NCBI RefSeq assembly: GCF_032191835.1
Contig: NC_083233.1
Location: 26,784,001 to 26,848,000 of the forward strand
Reading direction: 5' to 3'
Length of the DNA stretch: 64,000 bases
DNA from: Heteronotia binoei
Lineage: Eukaryota
Under the pieces are notes generated by a model. It had not been told where the DNA came from and searched no databases. It was given only the letters and a program-made list of their open reading frames with translations. The position numbers and the translations under genes were made by a program. Below, piece by piece: positions 36,501 to 49,059 of this stretch; the first letter of the stretch is position 1; each line of letters opens with the position of its first letter.

Positions 36501-37565
36501 ACACAGAGACAAGTGATATTGTTTTAAAAGATGATGTTGCTGTGGTAATGTGTTGACATTGCAAAAAATGGTATCAATTTAATTGGAAATCGCCAACCAC
36601 ACCATCAAAAGACTGTATACATAAGTTTGCATCATGGTGTTGCAAACTGTTGATTTTGCAGGACAATAAAAGGAGACCGGCAGTAGAAGAGTTTTGTCAT
36701 TTATTGTAGGAGTTTTTGAGATATGCTTCATTTTCTCTTTTGAAATAGAACTGCTATATAGGAAGATGTAAGTCTGGAATTGAGGTGGGTGGGTGTGCTC
36801 AATAATTTTTGCTGAGATGTGATTTGTTAGTCATTTCTATTGAATTCAATAGACAACACTTTTCAACCTCTAAGATTTATCTCACCCACCTGAAGTGGAT
36901 GAAATTCCTTGGCATTGTACCCCTTAGCCAAGGAATTTTCCCTTTTTATAGGTGCAATGTAAGGTATAACAGACTACCCAGTCTCATCCATGTTTTGGGG
37001 GCACATTCTCAGGGATTTTACCCTGCTCAAAGGTACCCTCCCAAACAGAGAAGATGAAACATTTGCATTTTACAGAGCCCCGAAGTTCTCCTTTGCAGAA
37101 TGGGCATAGGAAGGCATAGGTGTTAAATTACCTGGGTGGTCAGGAAAGAGGGGAAACCTATTTTAACTAACTCTTATTCACTCCTAGTTGGTGCTCTGTT
37201 GGTTCAGGGAAGTAAAGTGAAAGGAATGAACACCCAACTAATCCTTTATGTATTGGATTGGATTCCTGGATTGGATTCCCACAAGATTGGTCCATCTCTA
37301 CTGTTGCTTCATCCCACTGGCTCCACAGCCTTCAGTACCATTTCCAGGTGTTACATGTACTCTGCCACCATCTCAAGCAAGGTCTCCTCAGTGTGGTGCT
37401 CATGGATACCATGTTGTCTGCCAGTGTTTCCTCCCCAACCTGTGAGCCTTTCAGAATGTGGTGAGACAATTGTAAGGCAGACCTTGTTCAAAGGGGTTTT
37501 TCCACAGCTATAATAACAGCTGCAGCCACTGTGGGATCCAGAGGACTGATAAGGACTCAGGCTTT

Positions 37566-37850
37566 GGGCCAGTTTGGTGTAGTGGTTAAGTGTGCGGACT
37601 CTTATCTGGGAGAACCAGGTTTGATTCCCCACTCCTCCACTTGGACCTGCTGGAATGGCCCTGGGTTAGCCATAGCTCTTGCAGGAGTTGTCCTTGAAAG
37701 GGCTGCTGCTATAAGAGCTCTCTCAGCCCCACCCACCTCACAGGGTGTCTGTTGTGGAGGGAGAAGACATAGGAGATTGTAAGTCTCTCTGAGTCTCTGA
37801 TTCAGGGAGAAGGGTGGGGTATAAATCTGCAATTCTTATTCTTCTTCTTT
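37566..37850 (+). mobile_element. tRNA-derived SINE of the second family (Squam2-like)
   Basis: gccagtttggtgtagtggttaagtgtgcggactc...ggtttgattcccc head and ggggtataaatc...(ttc)n tail. Confidence 0.85.
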
Positions 37851-39108
37851 CCTTTGTCCATGTGTGGTCTCCCTTCAGACTTTTCTTCTTTTTATCCACC
37901 CTACTTTTTCTCCCTGTCTCTCTCCCAGGCTTCCTTTCTTTTCTTGTCTTTTTAATTCTCAATCTCTCCCTTACCCATCAGAGTTTCCTTCATTACTTTT
38001 GTATTACTTTCTTGTCTGCAGTTATTCTGTGAAGCAAGAAGGGAGGTATTGCTTTTGGCTTCACTTCCTGTGGCAGCCATTTCAGGTTTGGCTCCACCTC
38101 CTATGGAAGCTATGGTTGTAGTAGCACTCACCACCCCATCTCAAAATTCCAAAAGTGCTCTGATCATTATCTCCTCCTCATCGTCATCAGTTTCTGAGAC
38201 TTAAGGTGTATAACAAAAGAAAAGTGTAAGGAGATCTCTTAAAATGGCTGCTTTGCACCAACAATTGCCAGACTATGTTTTGAGCGCTTAAATACCCCCA
38301 AACACATGTGCTAAAATCTCTGTCAGGTTGTTTTTATGGATTTGTTCCTAGAAGAGTTACCTGGAGAACAAAATACCTGCACCATTTTTCATTCATCTTT
38401 CAAAAGGGGGGAGAGGGAGAAAAAAAAGCTCTCTCAGCATCTTTCTTATTGAACCACTTGTATTTACTCTGTGATGAATGGAGAACAGCAGATTCAGCTG
38501 TATTTTGGCACTGAATACAGGCGAATCAGATTTTCCGATGTTAGTGGGCCCCCAAATACAGCTGCCCAAATACCATTGAATCAGGGCTCACAAATAACAG
38601 TGGGAAAGGGTGTTTAAAAGGGAAAGGCAAGCCACTTACCTCCCACTGTTTCTTGGCTTTTCCCACCTCTTCCTAGGCTTCACTGGGATCAGGGTCAAAG
38701 GTGGAGGTGGAGAGGTACCCTGACAGCCAACCACTTCCATGCATTTGCAAACTGCAAAAGGCATGTGCAGCTCTGAGAGGCTGGTGTTGCTGCTGGGCTA
38801 TGCCAGCCCTGCTAGGCACCACCTACCTTATTTGGGAGGGGGAGGAAAAACTTGCAATTCTGCCAATAGACTTGCAAGTTGCAATGCTCTCTGTCCAATC
38901 ACAGGATCCTGTTTAGGTGGGTGGCTTGCTTGCTTGGGGTGGGCTAGGTAGGGTTCTGTTAGGGGAGGGGTTGGCTTACTCTCTTTAAAGTCATTCTAAA
39001 AGTTTTAAAAGATTGTTTTTCTTTCTGCCATTAAAAAAAAACTGTTGTTGGGTTATTGTTATTCCTTTTAGTTGCTGGATGGGGAAACTGTGGAATGTTG
39101 TTCACTGT

Positions 39109-39714
39109 TGTTAATTGCCACCCCAATTGGAAGAAGAGGCAGACACAAAGTTGGATGAAAACGGGCCGCTTTATTAAACACAACTTGAACGAGCAGGAAT
39201 GGCAAGAGGACAAGGCCTAACAGGACAAGCCCTGGGGTCAAACCCCGGACCCCACCTTGTCCTGGGAGGGCGAGCCACCCTGCCCCCAGCCCAAGCCGCA
39301 TATCATCCGGCTGGTGCTGAGCAGCCAGGCTCAAACGCCACCTCCACCTAGGCTGGCATCCAACCCACTGGAAGGATCCGCCGCTGTGAGGTTTTGTCGT
39401 GATCTGCATGTAGCATATCGCGTTTGCAGAACGCAACCATTTCGTTATAACGCAACATAGAAACAGCGTTAGTCCGCGCCAGCAGCGGAGGCGACTGGGG
39501 ACACCCAGATGCCTCCGCGCAGAGTGCTGATCACCCGCCTATCGCCACCAGTGGCGGGAAATAGGCTGGCCAGGATTGGACTGGCCAGCCTGGAGGATGT
39601 TCCGGGTGATGTATATAAGCGAGGCCCGGCCCGCGTGCTCTCTCTCTCCATCTTGTAATGTACCCTGAATAAAGTATGTTGCCCTACGCTCGTCTCTCAG
39701 CTTGGTACATTATA
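39109..39714 (+). mobile_element. Solo Gypsy-type LTR (TGTTA...ATTATA) with a second element inserted just inside its 5' end
   Basis: TATA gtatataag at 39611, AATAAA at 39668, end attata at 39714. Flanks ctgt/ctgc form a 4-bp TSD with one mismatch. CpG-rich. Confidence 0.6.
39114..39457 (-). mobile_element. LTR-like repeat in reverse orientation, related to 21229-22011 at its 3' end
   Basis: AATAAA on minus at 39170-39175, followed by ...tgtgtctgcctc...ggggtggcaat. Flanked by TA on both sides (39112-39113 and 39458-39459). Confidence 0.55.
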
Positions 39715-41029
39715 CTGCACTCCCCGGACTGAGCCGTGGAGCCCCTCTGCAATTCGTACAGACCACCGGCACCAACTGTTTGTGTAATTAGAGTTTTGTT
39801 CACAGCCTGTGGTGGTGGTTTCAAAGTTCAGTGTTTTGATTTTTTTTTTTTTGACATTTCTTACAAGTTGACTGTTTCCTTTGGTGTTTGGTCCTCTTGC
39901 TGGCTTGGAGGGGACAGCTGCTGGAGTATGGATTGTTTTGTGGGGCTGCTTGCTTTCCTTGCTAGTTGCTAGTGCTGTTGTGGCTTGTTTTTGTTGAGGT
40001 TGCACAGCGGTTGTATGATTTCTGAAGGTTTGGTTTTTTAAAGCGGGAAAATTAACATAACTTTTTTCCCATCATAAGAAACAATGGTAGTATGAGGACA
40101 CCATCTTTGGGTACCCTTAGAATTGGACCCCACGGTCCAATCTTTTAGAAACTTGGAGGTTCTCTGGGTGAGAGACTCCTGCAGCTACACTGCAAATTTG
40201 GCGCCTCTATCTCAAGCGCTGCCCCCAGACATTTCACCCTATGTTTTGACATTGACTTCAGTGGCCCATAGGGTATAATGGAGCTGTATATTTGGGAATA
40301 GCCAAATATCTCCTGAATAAGATTTGGGCACTGAATCTGATAATTGGGGCTATCTGCCACCCCTAAAATGTTTGCCCTAAAATACCCCAAATCTGAATTT
40401 TACTGGGTTTTGTTGTTGTTGTTGTTGTTGCACATCCCTAGGGGACTTTACCTTTATCACACTTGGTAGATTTACTGGAAATCGAGGAGAGATCCTCAGA
40501 TAGTTTTCTGCCCCCTCATAATCAGCATGCAGCCTTCTCAGAAGCAAATCTTCCTTTGGTGAAGTGGCCTAGTTTGCTGTGACAACTGTCATTTGAAAAA
40601 GTTTCCTTGTGCGTAGAATACAGAAACTACAGAGGGTTCCAGGAAACCTTTTCCCCTTTTTCTGTTGACTTGATATCTTTGTAGGTGGACGTGGAATAAT
40701 GAAAAACAATACCATTATCTGAGAAAGTGGGGAGGGAAGGACCAATATTATTTCAGAGCAAAACCAAGAATCTGATAGAGAAGAAGGAAATTGTTCACAC
40801 AGTGCTCTCTCACATTCTGGGCACTGATGGGAATTAGAAGAGTCAGGTCTCTTTCGTTGCTGTCCTAAGCAATGGACCCTTCTAAATCCACTGAAGTTAA
40901 AGAACTTACAAGTGCACAACACACCTTAGAATGGGACCACTTCTTCTGTTAAATCCCTGTACTCTGAGCATGACCACCTTTGCTCTGAGCCCCAAACACT
41001 TCAGGTGTAGGCCACTCAGGCTCCTTTAT

Positions 41030-41475
41030 GTCACGTTGATCAAACCACAAACTGAACCACAAACCAGGAGGTCGGTTCCCTAACTGAATCAGTTCGTATT
41101 GGTTTGTGATCCCTGCTTTCTGCTTGCTGCAACTTTTGGTGGGAAACAGAAAGCAGGAGGTTAAATGATTCCAAGAAATGTCTCCCCACAAAAAGCAGCT
41201 GAATGGTAGGAAGCAGAAAGCAGGGATTAAAATGGCTTGGAACCATTTAAACTCCTGCTTTCTGCTCCCATCTGCTCAGCTATTTTTCATGAAGAGCAGA
41301 AAGCAGATGTTTAAATGGCTTAAACCCCTGCTTTCTGTTCTTCATAAACTGCCTTAAAATTCATGGAAGTTCATGGCGGCTCTTCATTTCATGAACATTG
41401 CTTTGTGAACTGTGAATTAGCCAAAATTGGCCACAGACTTTCCTTTGTGAGCTGGTTTGTGCCGATCCCTAGGCA
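41030..41475. mobile_element. Unclassified interspersed repeat with internal gcagaaagcagg direct/inverted units
   Basis: cctgctttctgc and gcagaaagcagg recur in both orientations. A related end lies at ~34910-35030. Confidence 0.5.
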
Positions 41476-42749
41476 TGACACTTGTCCCAGTTCCATGAAG
41501 GCATCTTAACTCTGAAGCCCTAGTCTGAGGAATTACCCTTCACGGTTCATTCGATGCCTTAGGTGCTCACCTTTATACTTACAGCTTGAAAAGCTCACAT
41601 TTAGGGATTAAAGAGCATAGCATGGCGACAGCTTAAATATGAATCCCCACATATCATTCTCCCCATTTTGTGGTGCCCCATAGGGCCTGCAATTTCTACC
41701 CAGATCTTTTCCATGTGCCAGCAACAAACTCTGATCTTCACCTCCCCCTTGCTGTGGAGGGAGCAGTATTACTCCCTTCAGTTTCTCTCTGTTTCTAGCA
41801 CTGTGAGTATAAGGGCAATTTCAAATTGTTTTTGTTTTTTGCTTCCAAATGTTTTGCCATGGTTTCATAATTCACACAATAGTGACTTTGTGGATTATTC
41901 CCTCATTCTTATATCAAGGCTATAGGCAGGCTGCAAGCTTGTCTCTCTGCAAGCTGTTCTCTCAGGAGTAACATGACAATGAATATAAGAAAGCTTGTTG
42001 AGTTGATTTGGCGATTTCACTGGTGTGATGAGCAAAACAGGCTGTTGATGGAATGTTAACATTATCGATTAGACCTCAGAGTCTGGGGCACTTGGAATCT
42101 AACTAATCTTCCTTTCTAGTTTTATTTTAAAAAATATAAGTGTAATCAGCCAGGCAAGTGTGAGCAACTCTTGGAATTGCTGATATATATATATATAAAG
42201 GTTTAGTGACCTGCCTTAACTGTTTCGCTCTGGGTTATAACGAAGCATTCCACTTCTTACTCAGTGTTTTATACAGCTAACCCACTAAGGAAATAATTAA
42301 TACACATCCAGTTTTTATGTTTTTCATCTTAGATTATTTAGAAGTAGAGTCTACTCAGAAGTAGAGGCCACAAGGTTTTTCCTTTCACACATTTTCCCCC
42401 CTGTAATAAATGTTTTGATAGTATAGTTTCACCCTGACTTTTTTTTATTATAGTTCTCTTTAATAGTCTTCAGTCTTGATTTCAGCCATTCATTGTAACT
42501 GTGTTTTAAGCAGCTTGATGTGCAGATATTAGCAGGAAGCATGCAAGGCAGATGCTCTATCACTGAGCCACAGCCTTGCCCTACTTAAATGCTCTCCTAC
42601 TCAGACACAGCCCCTCTTCTCTGGATATGGTAAAAAGTTTTTGTGCTGTTTTCTATACATCATGCTGCCGTTAAGAGCGCAAGAACAGGCCATTCTGGGA
42701 TTCGGTCCTCACAACTCAGCATTGTCAGCTGAAAAGCATCCTCATAAGC

Positions 42750-42818
42750 TCATGAACATTGCTTTGTGAACTGTGAATCAGCCAAAATTGGCCACAGACT
42801 TTCCTTTGTGAGCTGGTT
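42750..42818 (+). repeat. 69-bp local copy of 41389-41457
   Basis: tcatgaacattgctttgtgaactgtgaat(t/c)agccaaaattggccacagactttcctttgtgagctggtt, with one mismatch, at offset 1361. Confidence 0.9.
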
Positions 42819-43714
42819 GAGTAGATTTGATAATGGGGAAGCCATCAAAAATCTGAAGGTTCTACCTAAACTTCTCCAATGCATGACCCTCTTTGGCCAG
42901 TTTCTATAACATACACTGAGATTGTGCATGTGAAGCTACTTGGATCAGACTTCTTTGATTACATATTAGATGAGCTCCTGATCAGATGGCCACGATGCTT
43001 TTTGTCAGAATTTATCTCATGCATTGTGCTGAGCAGCTCTGCAACAGACATTTGTGCTACAGGGCCAGGGTCTGCCTTGATACTAATTTTAAGAAATAAC
43101 AATCTTCACTAAATCTTCTCATTCACTAGAGAAACGTTGTGCATACATCATGGTCATGGTTGGGACCTAACTACTTGTCAAGCATTTCATCACCCTCTTT
43201 CCACCTGCACAGGTGGATGCATCCTTGAAATGATTACATTTGTCCTGTGTGTGCACAGTATCCATTTGTGAAGTGGTCACAAAAATAGATTGCAATATTC
43301 TCTAAGTCTGTGAGCGAACAGACTTAGAAGACACAGAGACATCTAAATAGTCTCATATCAAAAATCTCATATTTTTCCTCCTGTTATCAATTGGAAGTGG
43401 TGGTAGCAACATAAAGCAGCTAGCCATACAAAGAGACACAGCCAAATCTATATGAACACATCTAAACAGCTCAGCTAATGATCAGTTCCCTGGTAGCCAT
43501 CAGTGAATGGGACATGAGCAGAACTTGTTGAGCTTCTTCTGTCTCTCTCTTCAATTACAGATGTGGCTGCCATCAGATCTCAGGTAATTTACAACTAAGA
43601 TGACATCTTTCCTCTTACTTGAATCTTTTATGCCCTTCTTTGATGAAAAGACAACAATGCCTTGATTAATCAAGGAAGCAAAGAATTAGTGGTCAACAGA
43701 GGGAGGTCAACAGA

Positions 43715-43938
43715 GGGGAGGGACGGTGGCTCAGTGGTAGAGCATCTGCTTGGGAAGCAGAAGGTCCCAGGTTCAATCCCTGGCATCTCCAAAAAAGGGT
43801 CCAGGCAAATAGGTGTGAAAAACCTCAGCATGAGACCCTGGAGAGCCGCTGCCAGTCTGAGAAGACAATACTGACTTTGATGGACTGAGGGTCTGATTCA
43901 GTATAAGGCAGCTTCATATGTTCATATGTTCTTCATAT
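43715..43938 (+). mobile_element. Young tRNA-derived SINE with MIR/L2-type 3' part (Squam3/Ther1-like)
   Basis: Intact A and B boxes, ~97-98% identical to 3461-3679, and a (ttcatatg)n tail. Confidence 0.9.
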
Positions 43939-44241
43939 TTTATTTTTATTTTATTTTATTCGATTTATATCCCGCCCTACCCCACCGAGGTGGGCTCATG
44001 TTCATATGAGTCTAAAAATGACTAATACTGTCAGATTCCAGTGAAATTACTATTTGTGAGGGAGCTTCCAGCTGTTAGAGAGAGCTTTCCCAGAGAAGAT
44101 TCAGTGGAAACTGGGAAAGAAGGAATACTAAAATTTACTTTTTTTTTTTTTTAAAGGAAAAATTAACACTTCCCAGCTGCAGTTATTTCCTGTTGGGACA
44201 GATTGGAATCACGAGTGTTGCCAAAAGCAAGCTGTACATAC

Positions 44242-44470
44242 TGATGGAAGTAAATACCTGCTGATTGTTCTGTGGGATGAGAAGGGGAATTCCTCTAAGG
44301 GAAAAAAGGCATTTTTAAAGGCTATTAGAACATCTGAGTTGTTGTAATGAGCATCACGGTGCCTATTAGCAACAGAAACAAAAAGCCGTCGAAGCTGCAT
44401 AACTAAAGTAGTGGTTCTCTTTACTTGATCAACGTTCATAAAAGAACCCAGCGGGAGATCCAGCTGCAAA
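44242..44470 (-). CDS. Candidate internal exon of an unidentified gene (LQLDLPLGSFMNVDQVKRTTTLVMQLRRLFVSVANRHRDAHY...RYLLPS)
   Basis: Acceptor ccttttccctag. Donor TCA|GTATGT (or CAG|GTATTT, ending at 44258). Only one frame is open, with locally retained CpGs. No homologue recognised. Confidence 0.35.
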
Positions 44471-45552
44471 CTAGGGAAAAGGTAGCAATTACACAGAGAG
44501 TGGAGAATATGTGGCAGAAATTAGATGCTATTACATCAACAGCATGGTGGAGGGAACTCATCTGAATGAAAGGGGACCCACATACAGATTCTATTCTCAG
44601 ATCCATTGTGACATCTATGGAGTGACATGGAGTCAGCAAATTCCATCTGTATTTATGCTGGTGTATCAGACAGTAGACGTTTGCAGCCTTGGGAACAATA
44701 CATCAGGTTCAGATAGGAAATTTACATGGATGTCATCCAACCTTCTCTCAGATGGGTAATCTTGTAATGCTCATGTGAGTAAGAGGGAGGTGCCCTTGCA
44801 ACATTCCTTAATAATAAGCTGAGCTGTAAGATATTTCAGAAGCTCCAGACACAATGAGTAAAAAACTCAGGGGATGAATACTTCATGTCTCTTCTGTAAT
44901 TGCTCTGCATCTTACAACACTTCCCACTGGTCAGTGGTAGTTTTATTATTCTCCCCAGAGGAAGCCTTTCTCAATCATTTTCCATTCGTAGTGGAAGTAT
45001 TTCTTCCTTGAAGGAACAGAATCATAGGAGCCAGTTTAGCGGAAGGAAAATCACAGGCTTCAGCCCTATATGTTTATTGTGCCTTTCTGAGTTAGGCTAG
45101 CCACTGTCTGTTTTGTTCACTTTTTCAACTTTTTTTCTCTTGTTACTTGATGCAGGCACGTTGCACAACATCACTTCCAGGGATGCAGGGATGTGACACA
45201 AGGATGTTTCCAGCACCCAAAACATCCCCCCCCCCCATCCCACTGTCATCATCTTCGAGGGACTTTCATGCAGTTTTGGGGGGTGGAGCCTGGGCAGAGT
45301 GGAATTTGAGGAGGAGAGAGACCTCAGCAGGGTATAATGTCATAGAATCCACCTTCCCAGACAAGTCATTTTTTTCAAGGGAAATGCTGTTGTAATCCTG
45401 GAAGATCTCTGGCTGCCACCGGGAGATTGACAGCCCTAAGGGAGAGAGCCTCTAGACCTTCTTGATTGACTGCAAACAGTAGCTACTAGGATTACATTCA
45501 TGTTGAGGTATTTCAGTTCCAAAGATATGGAATGGGACTTTGCCTTACTTTC

Positions 45553-45986
45553 TGTTATGTATGTGCCTTAAAGTATGTACTTCCTGCCAGCTCATTGCAG
45601 CCAGGAAAGCAGCTTGGGGACTGTATAACAATGGATAGTGGGATCCAAATACCTGCACCTATTACAGACCCCTGCCTGTTTGAATGAACCAATGGCAGGC
45701 TAGCACAGGAGATTAGAGTTGTATATAGCAGGGGTGGTCAACGGTAGTTCTCCATATGTTTTTTGCCTACAACTCCCATCAGCCCCAGCCAGCATGGTCA
45801 ATGTCTGGGGCTGATGGGAGTTGTAGGCAAAAAACATCTGGAGAGCTACCATTGGCCACCCCTGGTATATAGGTTTGGCCCACAGGCCCTTAGACAGTCT
45901 TCGTTGGGAGCAGCCTTCACCATGTTTTCCTTAATAAAGATCACTATGATCTCGTCTCTTCAATGCTTTGAACCCACTATATTATA
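45553..45986 (+). repeat. Gypsy 5' LTR (contains a MITE)
   Basis: tgttatgt...attata with AATAAA at ~45935. Homologous to 50720-51026. Confidence 0.93.
45729..45864. mobile_element. 136-bp palindromic hAT MITE inside the 5' LTR
   Basis: Termini caggggtgg...ccacccctg. 8-bp TSD gtatatag (45721-45728 and 45865-45872). The 3' LTR has a single gtatatag. Confidence 0.92.
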
Positions 45987-46111
45987 GTGGTGACAAGGAT
46001 GGGATCCTGGTAGGCGACGCAGCAACCGGCAACGCGCCACGCCTTGCAGCAAGCTCCCGCTCTGCGCATCACACCGCTATTGCTCACAAGGGTCGTCATG
46101 CCAGAACAGGA

Positions 46112-48790
46112 GATGAGTCAGAGCCAAGCTTCCAGCTCCGCCAGCATAGAGGAACCAACTTCTCTACCAGCACCTGGCCCCCATGGGCAACTGCCGGAGT
46201 TCAACCCCAATCAACCCAAAAGATGAGACCGATGGGTGAAGCAACTCAACTTCTATCTCCTCTACCACAATGTAAAAAACGAGCGACTAGAATACCACAA
46301 GAGGGTACAGAAGGCTGACGAGACCACTTCGGCCTTCTTAGCGGAGCTGCGCCACCTGGCCCGAGATTGTGATTTCGTGAGCCTCGACAAAGCACTGCTG
46401 TGCCATTTCGTGGCGGGCCTCCGCGATGAGAAGATACAGGCCAACCTGACGAGGCACAAGAAGCTTATGCTGGCGGATGCCCTAGACGAGGCAGCCACCT
46501 ACGAGAAGTTGCATAAGGAGCAGCAGGCCACTGCAACCAACCAGGTTGCCAGCGGGTCCAACTCGGAAGACTCCGGCGAGGAAGATGCACTGCAGACATG
46601 CCAGGCCCCGAAGCGCCAGCAGCCACGTGCCACTGACCCTACCTCAACGGGAGGATGCACCAGCTGTGGGGAGGCCCACGAGCAAGTTCCGGAATGCCGT
46701 CTGCCACACGTGTGAAAAAACGGGGCACCTCACATGGGTGTGTCAGGTGAAGTCGCTGCGCCCTGGCAGAAAACCGCGACAGAAAGATGGCCACCGCCAT
46801 GAGGTCGCATTCATGGAGGACATCCGGGCGCTCACAGAGGTGAGGGACCAGGTGTGCCAGCTTCCTGTGCCCTCCCTGGGAAAGTACAAGGTGAATGTGC
46901 TCATAGCGGACAGGCCCTGCCAGATGGAAGTCGATTTGGGGGCAGGCCAGACAGTAATATCGGCCTGGACATTCAGGGAATTGTACCTGGGGAGGGAAGC
47001 CCAATTGAGCCCATTCCCCTTCATAGTCCGGGACTTTCAGAAGAGGGAGGTCGCAGTACTGGGATTAGGAAATGTCCATGTAAAGTACGGCCAGTTTTCC
47101 AGCCAGCTGCTCCTGACTGTAGTCTAGGGGGACCTGTGCAGTCTACTGGGGTAGTCCTGGGAATCTGGGTAACCGGCATCCATCATGAGCCTACACCCTC
47201 CCAGACCAATTTCCAGAGGGTGTGCAAAGAATTTCCCGCTGTCTTCGACAGCAGCAGCCTGGGTACCTACATGGGAGAACCAGTGACCCTGCAACTAGAC
47301 CTCAATGTGCAGCCTATTAGATTGAAGGCCCGGCAGGTGCCTTTGGTGTTAAAGCCCAAGATAGAGGAGGAGTTGGACTGCCTCGTGGCTCATGGGGTAC
47401 TGGAGCAGGTGGCAAATGCCAAATGGGAAACCCCCATAGTCACTCCAGTAAAGCCCAACGGCAGCGTGCGCATTTATGCAGATTACAAATGTACGATAAA
47501 CAAGGCACTGCAATGCCACGCTTATCTGGTGCCAGGGGTGAGTCATGTGTTGGCCTTGCTGGCAGGAGCTAAGATTTTTGGGAAGCTCGATTTGGCCCAG
47601 GCTTATCAGCAGCTTCCAGTAGACACTGCCACCACAGACGCACAGACTATTGTCACACACAGGGGGGCTTTCAGGGTCAAACGACTGCAATTCAGCATAA
47701 GCGTGGCCCTGGGGATCTTCCAGAACATAATGGACTCTCTCCTTAAAGGCATTCCCAGGGTCCAGCCATTCTTCAATGACGTGCTGATCGCTGCAGCCAT
47801 GGAGGAGGAATTCGCATCCCGCCTCCGAGCAGTTTTACAGCATTTTGACGGGGCGGGGTTGAAGGTCAAGAGAGAGAAATGTGAACTGGGGGTGACCAGC
47901 ATTGACTTCCTGGGGTACAGGGTGGATGCACAAGGGATTCACCTGGCTAGGGACAAAATCAGGGCAATTTGTGATGCACTGGCCCCCAGGAACAAAGGAG
48001 AAATCATTTTTGGGACTTCTCAATTTCTACCACAACTTGCTTCCCCACAAGGCAGCAGTAGTGGAACCTCTGCACTGCCTACTGGACAAAAGGGCACCGT
48101 GGGTCTGGGGTCACCAGCAAGCCTTGGCATTTCAGGCGGTAAAGGACATTTTGACTTCCAACAGCTTGCTGGCGCACTTTGCGGGGTACCAGTACGGCCT
48201 GTGCTACCGTCCAGAGAAGGCGATGAGCATGTGGACGTGTTGAGCCTATGGCTGCTGCCTTCCATGGACCCAGATCCTGCCCCGGCTTACCAGATCATGT
48301 TGTTGGAGTCCCTTCCAGACTACCCAGTACACGCTATGGTCATTGTCCGATGATCCAAGAAAGACAAGACCCTCTCGCGGGTGCTGGACTGGGTGTGGAG
48401 GGGATAGCCGGTGGCCAGGGTGGGGTTAGAGTCCTCTGCATTTGTATCCCGCCGGGATGAATTGTCTGTACACAAGGGATGTCTGTTGTGGGGAAACATG
48501 GTGGTCGTACTCCCCGTTTTAAGGCAGCAGGTCCTCAATGCACTACACGAGACACACCCCGGTATTGTGCGCATGAAGGCACTGGCCCACAGTTATGTCT
48601 GGTGGCCAGGGATCAATGATGCGATTGAGTCCTGGGTAGCTCGTTGCCAGCCATGATGAGAGACTCACCCAGCTCCGCCTAGAGCCCCAGGTCAACAGTG
48701 GGAACATACATGAAACCCTTGGTCCTGCCTGCATTTAGATTTTGTGGGGCCCTTCCAGGGAAAGGTATTCTTCCTGATCATAGATTCCCA
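46112..48790 (+). pseudogene. Disrupted Gypsy gag-pol
   Basis: gag ..LAELRHLARDCDF..., zinc knuckle CHTCEKTGHLTWVC, protease VDLGA (for DTG), RT ETPIV..KPNGSVRI.ADYK / KLDLAQAYQQ / FFNDVLI (degenerate catalytic motif), integrase LHETHPG..YVWWPG..C..C and LDFVGP. RNase H and the integrase core are largely missing. Confidence 0.9.
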
Positions 48791-49059
48791 CTCCAAGTGG
48801 CTGACAGTCTGGTGTTAGAGATGGAGAAAGCGGCAGCCCCGGTGGCTGCAGCTCAAGAGGAATTGGAACATCCAGCCGGGGATGAACATCAGGAAGACCC
48901 CGAACCATTGGCCAAGGCTTCTCGGCTTGACTTCGCGAACGAAGATTTAAGAAGGGTGCAGTAGTCCACGTCTGCTGCAGGCTCGCTGGTGGCTGACAAG
49001 ACCAATGCGGGACAGGCAGATCCGGCCACAGTGGCTGCAGGGAAAAGTCTGATTTGGGG

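Noticed and set aside
43715-43790. tRNA gene
   Set aside because: The tRNA-like head continues directly into a SINE body and tail found in many copies, and the acceptor stem is not a clean tRNA stem. It is a SINE.
45968-46318. 116-aa ORF at the Gypsy 5' end
   Set aside because: It starts in the LTR and is off-frame from the gag remnants. It is a chance frame in GC-rich leader sequence.
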